Below are positions 58,706 through 64,000 of a stretch of 64,000 nt of DNA, piece after piece. This DNA is from Eledone cirrhosa. Its lineage: Eukaryota. The stretch's first letter is position 1, and each line of letters starts with the position of its first letter. The stretch is taken from contig OZ024757.1 in assembly GCA_964016885.1 (NCBI GenBank), positions 12,400,001 to 12,464,000 on the forward strand. The letters are read 5' to 3'. The notes below the pieces were generated by a model. The model searched no databases, was not told the origin of the DNA, and saw only the letters and a program-made list of their open reading frames with translations. The position numbers and the translations under genes were made by a program.

Positions 58706-59342
58706 TGATTTTAGTGATTTTTTTTTGTAATAAATCTCAACATCTCAGATCTTACTTACCAAGTAGAGTGGGACTCATCAGATTGGACCAAGGAAACAAT
58801 GTTTCCATTGGTCTTTCCAATTGATGATATTGAATCAGATTAGAAATAGAGAAAAATAAATAGAGAATATATTTATTTACCGTTGTGTTGCCAAACAAAG
58901 CCAAAAGCCATTGACCTGCATCTTTGGCCAAGAAGGCCATTGGAGCGTCACTCACAGAAGCTGATACAGCAGCCAGCTTGACAGCCGATATAGGTAGCAC
59001 CAACAATTATCACTACCATTAACAATAGGAAGGCAGCAACAGAAACAGTGACAATAACAACGACCCCCGCATTTTCGGTTAAAGAAGGCGTTCGAGCCCC
59101 AGCAACCAGCCTGGCAGCCCAAATAGGCAGCAGTTTCAACTACCACTACCATTAACAAGAGGAAGGCAGCGACAGCAGCGGTGACATTAACAACAACAAC
59201 AACATATATATGTATACACCAACAACTTACCAACAAACACTACCACTACCATTAACAAGAGGAAGCCAACTCCAGCATCAGTGACAATAACAACAACACA
59301 TATGTTTTCAGGATTGAAAGACTCACCTTTAGCCACAAGGTT

Positions 59343-59962
59343 CTATGAGAAACTGCTAACATGCTCGCATGTGTGCGTGCTGAACTCTGGGTCTTTCCGC
59401 TTATTTATTTGCTAACATTCTACTTTCTTGTGTGTCCCCCCCCCCCCCTCCATGCACCCCCTTCTTTTCTCTCTTGTCTTCTGACGCCTCCATATCTGAT
59501 GTAGGTGAGCTATGAGGCCCTCTTATCAGCACTCTCCCTTCCACCCACACAGTTGTGCCTAGCACCTAGGCTGGTGACAACCAGCCACTCACCCCTGATC
59601 CGGCTTGGTCCCCCCCCCCAAAAAAAACCCAATCCTCCATCCCCTGCAGTCGACACCTGCAGCACCACGAATAGACGGGAGAGGGGCTGGAACTGTTCGG
59701 GGTGCGGCTGCTTCCACCACCTCACCTGTGTTGGCTTGACGCGTCAAACCTCCTGTGCGCTCGCAGTGTTGAGAAGCTGAAACTGTCTTTTCGCCTTGTC
59801 TGCCCAGCCACGGCCGTCTAGCACACCACCAGATGAGACAACGAGCTTGCCTGACACCCATGCCTCACTGGTCAACATCGCTTGGCTCAGGCGGTGCCGG
59901 AAGATCTCACTCAGGATGAGAGAGAGCAGCCCAGGTGCTGGTAACCGATGCCCTTGCTTCCT
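59343..59962 (+). mobile_element. 5' fragment of the CRE-like element, opposite orientation
   Basis: TGCTCGCATGTGTGCGTGCTGAA.TCTGGGTCTTTCCGCT matches the reverse complement of 53901-53940. It encodes NCSGCGCFHHLTCV and SLVNIAWLRRCRKI. Confidence 0.85.
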
Positions 59963-60576
59963 CTTTTATGGTGATTATTTCATATTAAGGTGGACGTTGA
60001 TGTTTGTAAATAACATAAGATTACTTATTTACCTTATAGTTGTTGTTTTATCTCCTGTATTATTAAATATTGAAGTGGTTGTTCAACATTTTACAGGACA
60101 GGAAAATATTATTTTAATCAGAAATCAGTGAACATTTAGTTTTTACTAACTTTTCTTGACTTTATATTTGGTCTTGAAAACTAAAGTACGTATTATTTCG
60201 TTTTCCACCACAACACAAACATTGTGAACTTTTCTATCTGAAGTGAAATATCTTGATTTATTACAACACTTACACACATATTTCTACACACACACACATC
60301 TATCTATCCCCCCACTCTCACACTCTCTGATTGAATTATATAATATACGATTGAATTTTCTTCGTCGAAAATCAGTCTTGGGCTGTCATATGTCTCATTA
60401 CTTGTACCAACTAAATACTACATTACAACTTTGTAGAAGAAGAAAGCGGAGTTCTGCAGTCTTTTATGGACCCTTTGTATATTAGACTACATAGCATATA
60501 TTAACGATATCTACATTTCTTAATATATACGTAAAAGTGGTGAGAATCCTTTATCTAAAGATCACTAGCTAGAAAT

Positions 60577-61398
60577 ATGTCTGAATATAGCTGTGAGATT
60601 TACAGGAAAACTTTCCCTTCAAAACTACTCACTGGAGAAAAACCCTTCCAGTGTGAAATATGTGGGAAATCTTTCACTGATAATTCTAAACTTGTCATCC
60701 ACATACAAAGTCATACTGGAGAAAAACCCTACCACTGTGAAATATGTGGGAAATGTCTTTCTCAGAAGACCCATCTTGGAGTTCACAAAAGAACACACAC
60801 TGGTGAAAAACCCTTCCAATGTGAAATATGTGGAAAATCTTGTTCACATTGTGCTAATTTTGTAAAACACAAAGGAATACACGCAGGGGAAAAATCCTTT
60901 TCATGTGAAATATGTGGGAAATCTTTCTCTCAGAAGCTCCATCTTGGAGATCACAAAAGAATACACACAAGAGATAAATCTTATTCATATGAAATATGTG
61001 GTAAATCATTTTCTCGTGGTTCTAACCTTGTAGAACACAAAAGAATACACACTGAAGAAAAACCCTTCCACTGTAAAATATGTGGGGAATATTTTACTTA
61101 TAATTCTAATCTTATCATCCACATGTGGAAACATACTGGAGAAAAACCCTACCATTGTGGGAAAAACCCTACCATATGTGGGAAATCTTTTGCCTTGAGC
61201 TGTGTCTTGAAAAGATATAGAAGAAAACATAATGGGGAAAAACCTTATTCATGCCAAATATGCAATCCTTCTCTTATACATCTCAACATATATATATGTC
61301 TGTGTGTATATATACCTCGCCCAAGCGGAAGAAATATATTGAAGATTACCACAATAACTAGGGAGGGGAGGACAATATATGCTGGACATTGCTATTGA
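60577..61398 (+). CDS. ZNF-E: C2H2 zinc-finger protein (about 7 finger units, some broken), 273 aa
   Basis: Open ORF with [15 protein letters not shown] repeats. The C-terminus runs into a LINE remnant, so it may be a decaying gene. Confidence 0.7.
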   Translation: MSEYSCEIYRKTFPSKLLTGEKPFQCEICGKSFTDNSKLVIHIQSHTGEKPYHCEICGKCLSQKTHLGVHKRTHTGEKPFQCEICGKSCSHCANFVKHKGIHAGEKSFSCEICGKSFSQKLHLGDHKRIHTRDKSYSYEICGKSFSRGSNLVEHKRIHTEEKPFHCKICGEYFTYNSNLIIHMWKHTGEKPYHCGKNPTICGKSFALSCVLKRYRRKHNGEKPYSCQICNPSLIHLNIYICLCVYIPRPSGRNILKITTITREGRTIYAGHCY

Positions 61399-61630
61399 GG
61401 GTAAGATGACCTGATGAGCTGGCTCCTGTGGTGGATACCTAAACATAGTAAGACCCTAGTGGGATGACGGAGATTGACCTACATAGATCAGATGTCTCTG
61501 GATGTCCAGCTGGAGATTAATGATCTCAGGAATGCCATGGAAGATTGTGACATCTAAAGAAGGAGAGTAGAATTGTTCTGGCCAATCCACCTGACCTAAT
61601 AAATAATAATAATAATAATATATATTAATT

Positions 61631-61810
61631 GTTTCTACTTTTGGCACAAGGCCAGTAAATACCCAGTGCATTACTGGTACTTTATTTTATCGACCCCGTA
61701 AGGATGAAAGGCAAAGTTAACCTCGGCGGGATTTGAACTCTGAATGGCAAGGGGCGTAACTCTATGCGTCAAAGCATGGCGTCCGACCCTCTACCGATAC
61801 TGCCAATCCA
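61631..61810 (-). mobile_element. Young SINE family 1 with TSD ATATATTAAT
   Basis: Nearly identical to the reverse complement of 54385-54568. Direct repeats lie at about 61620-61630 and 61812-61820. Confidence 0.85.
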
Positions 61811-63024
61811 ATATATTAATGAACATTTATTATGGTGAAATATGTTGGAAATCATTCTCAGAGGTTTTGTATTGTAATCCACAAATACACTCTGGAGGAA
61901 GTTCCACTTCATATTATTTGTCATTAAGGTTTCTTATAGAGACACTTCATTTCATTGTTGAGGGTGGTGGATTTGCAGAATCAGTAGAGTGTCAGACGAT
62001 ATGCTTTGTGTCATATAGTTACATCCCTTTACATTCTGTATTAAAATCTTGCTGAGGTTAGCTTTACCTTTCTTTCTCAGAGGTTCAGTAAAATAAAGTA
62101 CCAGTAATCCACTGGGATTGATTTAATCAACTTTCTCCTTCCCTTCCAATTGTGGCCTTGAGTTAAAAGTAGAAACAGTTATTTAAAGTCTATAAAACAA
62201 TAGATATAATGCCTTCTGCCATATTTGTTCTGGTTCTCTTCTCTGAGTTTAAATCCTGCTGAGGTCAACTTTGCCTTTCATCCATTCAAGGTTGATAACA
62301 AACAAGTACCAGTCTACCACTGGGGTCTGTTCTTCCGCTCTATATTTCTTTCCCACTTCCTCTCTCTCATTCTCTCTCCTTCTCTGGAAGTAATCAACTG
62401 TTCCAACCTGGTGAGTTAAGGGCTCCACCAAGCTTCAACTGTCCACAGTGGCACCCCTATGACTCCATCAGTGCAAGAAAAACAAAACAAAAGATGAATG
62501 TATTTATTTTATAAACCTCAACTGGTTTATATTCATATTTGTGACAAAATATCCACATTTATGTTTAAATAAAAACAATTTTACAACTTTAATATTTGTT
62601 GGATGGTACTTTCATGACAGTTCAAATTAGGACTTTTAAAAAAAATTAACATTTGAAAATATTTTACAACTTTATTCTCTTTATCTTTACCCATTCCTGA
62701 GAGGGTTGTAGATGGAAGAGTCCTCACACACACCTTCTAGGTCCTATGTTTGTAAAGTTTCCTCTATATACTACACACACACAAAACCACATCACTCTGC
62801 ACACACACACAACATCCCATACAACAGACATACATCACACCACACCACATACAAACCAGGTAGTTATACCAACCCAGTATCTTGGTTTAGTGATTGTTTT
62901 GTAACAAACCTCAACATCCCAGACCTTAGCAACTGGAGTGGAACTCATCAGATTGGATATTAAATGATGAGCTGTGACATCATTGGTGTCAACCTGTTTC
63001 AGCCATTCCTTTGGACAACATTAT

Positions 63025-63072
63025 AGTGTATGTATGTATATATATGTATGTAGTATATATATATATATGTAG

Positions 63073-63104
<32 letters not shown>

Positions 63105-63105
63105 T

Positions 63106-63137
<32 letters not shown>

Positions 63138-63138
63138 T

Positions 63139-63180
<42 letters not shown>

Positions 63181-63200
63181 TCATATATATATATATATAT
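63025..63200. repeat. (TA)n/(GA)n compound microsatellite
   Basis: Read directly. Confidence 0.9.
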
Positions 63201-64000
63201 TTGTGTTCAAGAGACTAGGTGGAGGGGCTGGTCTGCTAGATTCATTGTGGGTAAAAAACGATGTTATAAACCTTTCTGGGTGGGAAATGACAATGGGCGG
63301 GGTGGAGTAGTATGGTGGGATGGGGGAAGTATAGAACACTATCAATTGGCCAGGAGAGAATCTAGGAGACAAGTGTACCATGCAAGAAGGGAAGAAGGGG
63401 ATAGAAAGTTCAAGCATTTTCTACAACACGAGGACCAAAAACGTGAGTTGTTCAGGATTGCTAAACAATGTGTCAAGGAAAATCGTGATATTGTCAGGGA
63501 GAAGTGAGTCTGTAATGATAATGGTGTACTTGCCCTCACTTTTAATGATAAGAAGATAGCTCAGAAGTGTCACTACGAGAGGCTACTAGAGAATAAATGG
63601 GAAAAAGATAGTCTTCCCCAAATTGATCCAATAGAGGGACCAGCAGTGCAAGTTAATGGTAGTATAGTAAGTAAGGCAATCATCAAAGATATGAAGACAG
63701 GCAAGGCAGCTGAGCCTTCAGAGATAGTTGCTGAGATGTTGAAAGCATCTGAAATGGTCGGACATACTATGGTCACCCAGACAGTAAACCAAGTAATGCA
63801 GAATGGGGTCATACCAAATGACTGGCATAGCAGCATCACCGTTAACTGCTACAAGGGTAAAGGAGATGCCCTGGATAGGAGAAACTATAGAGGCATTAAG
63901 TTAGTTGACAAGGTCATGAAGGTCACAGAAAGAGTTATAGCAGAATTGATCTAGATGAAATGCAGTTTGGGTTCGTGCCAGGTAAAAGTACCACAGATGC
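63200..64000 (+). mobile_element. RTE LINE, internally deleted, running off the window
   Basis: CVQETRWRG remnant, then LFRIAKQCVKENRD, MKTGKAAEPSEIVAEML, IPNDW..NYRGIKL and QFGFVPG. Confidence 0.9.

Noticed and set aside
58445-58730. Cys/Val/Trp-rich or His/Thr-rich ORFs
   Set aside because: They are translations of a (CACCA)n low-complexity tract.

Overview
AT-rich, repeat-dense animal DNA, most likely a coleoid cephalopod (octopus-like); this is inferred from the tandem C2H2 zinc-finger cluster, (TA)n microsatellites, RTE LINEs with (GAT)n tails and tRNA-derived SINEs. The window holds six zinc-finger loci with no recognisable effector domain. Three minus-strand CDIC/GDKPY-type paralogues lie in 11-15 kb tandem units: A (14 fingers), B (about 24 fingers, disrupted) and C (12 fingers). 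Three CEIC/GEKPF-type loci lie at about 2 kb (minus), 56 kb and 61 kb (plus). Between them are RTE LINE copies (several with a PHD-like insert), a GC-rich CRE-like RT plus restriction-like-endonuclease retrotransposon, SINEs, Helitron-, piggyBac-, pogo- and Mutator-like non-autonomous elements, a solo LTR and several young TE-derived minisatellites. Because the units are paralogous, many insertions can be checked against empty sites inside the window. The most unusual observations are (1) a 610-bp foldback element carrying a consensus histone-mRNA 3' stem-loop in both arms, (2) a perfect 78-nt hairpin whose template-switch origin can be read from its paralogue, (3) a mappable unequal-crossover point for ZNF-B, and (4) a Helitron-like element flanked by an exact 32-bp direct repeat. 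All calls were made by eye without database searches, and TE boundaries are approximate unless a TSD is quoted.
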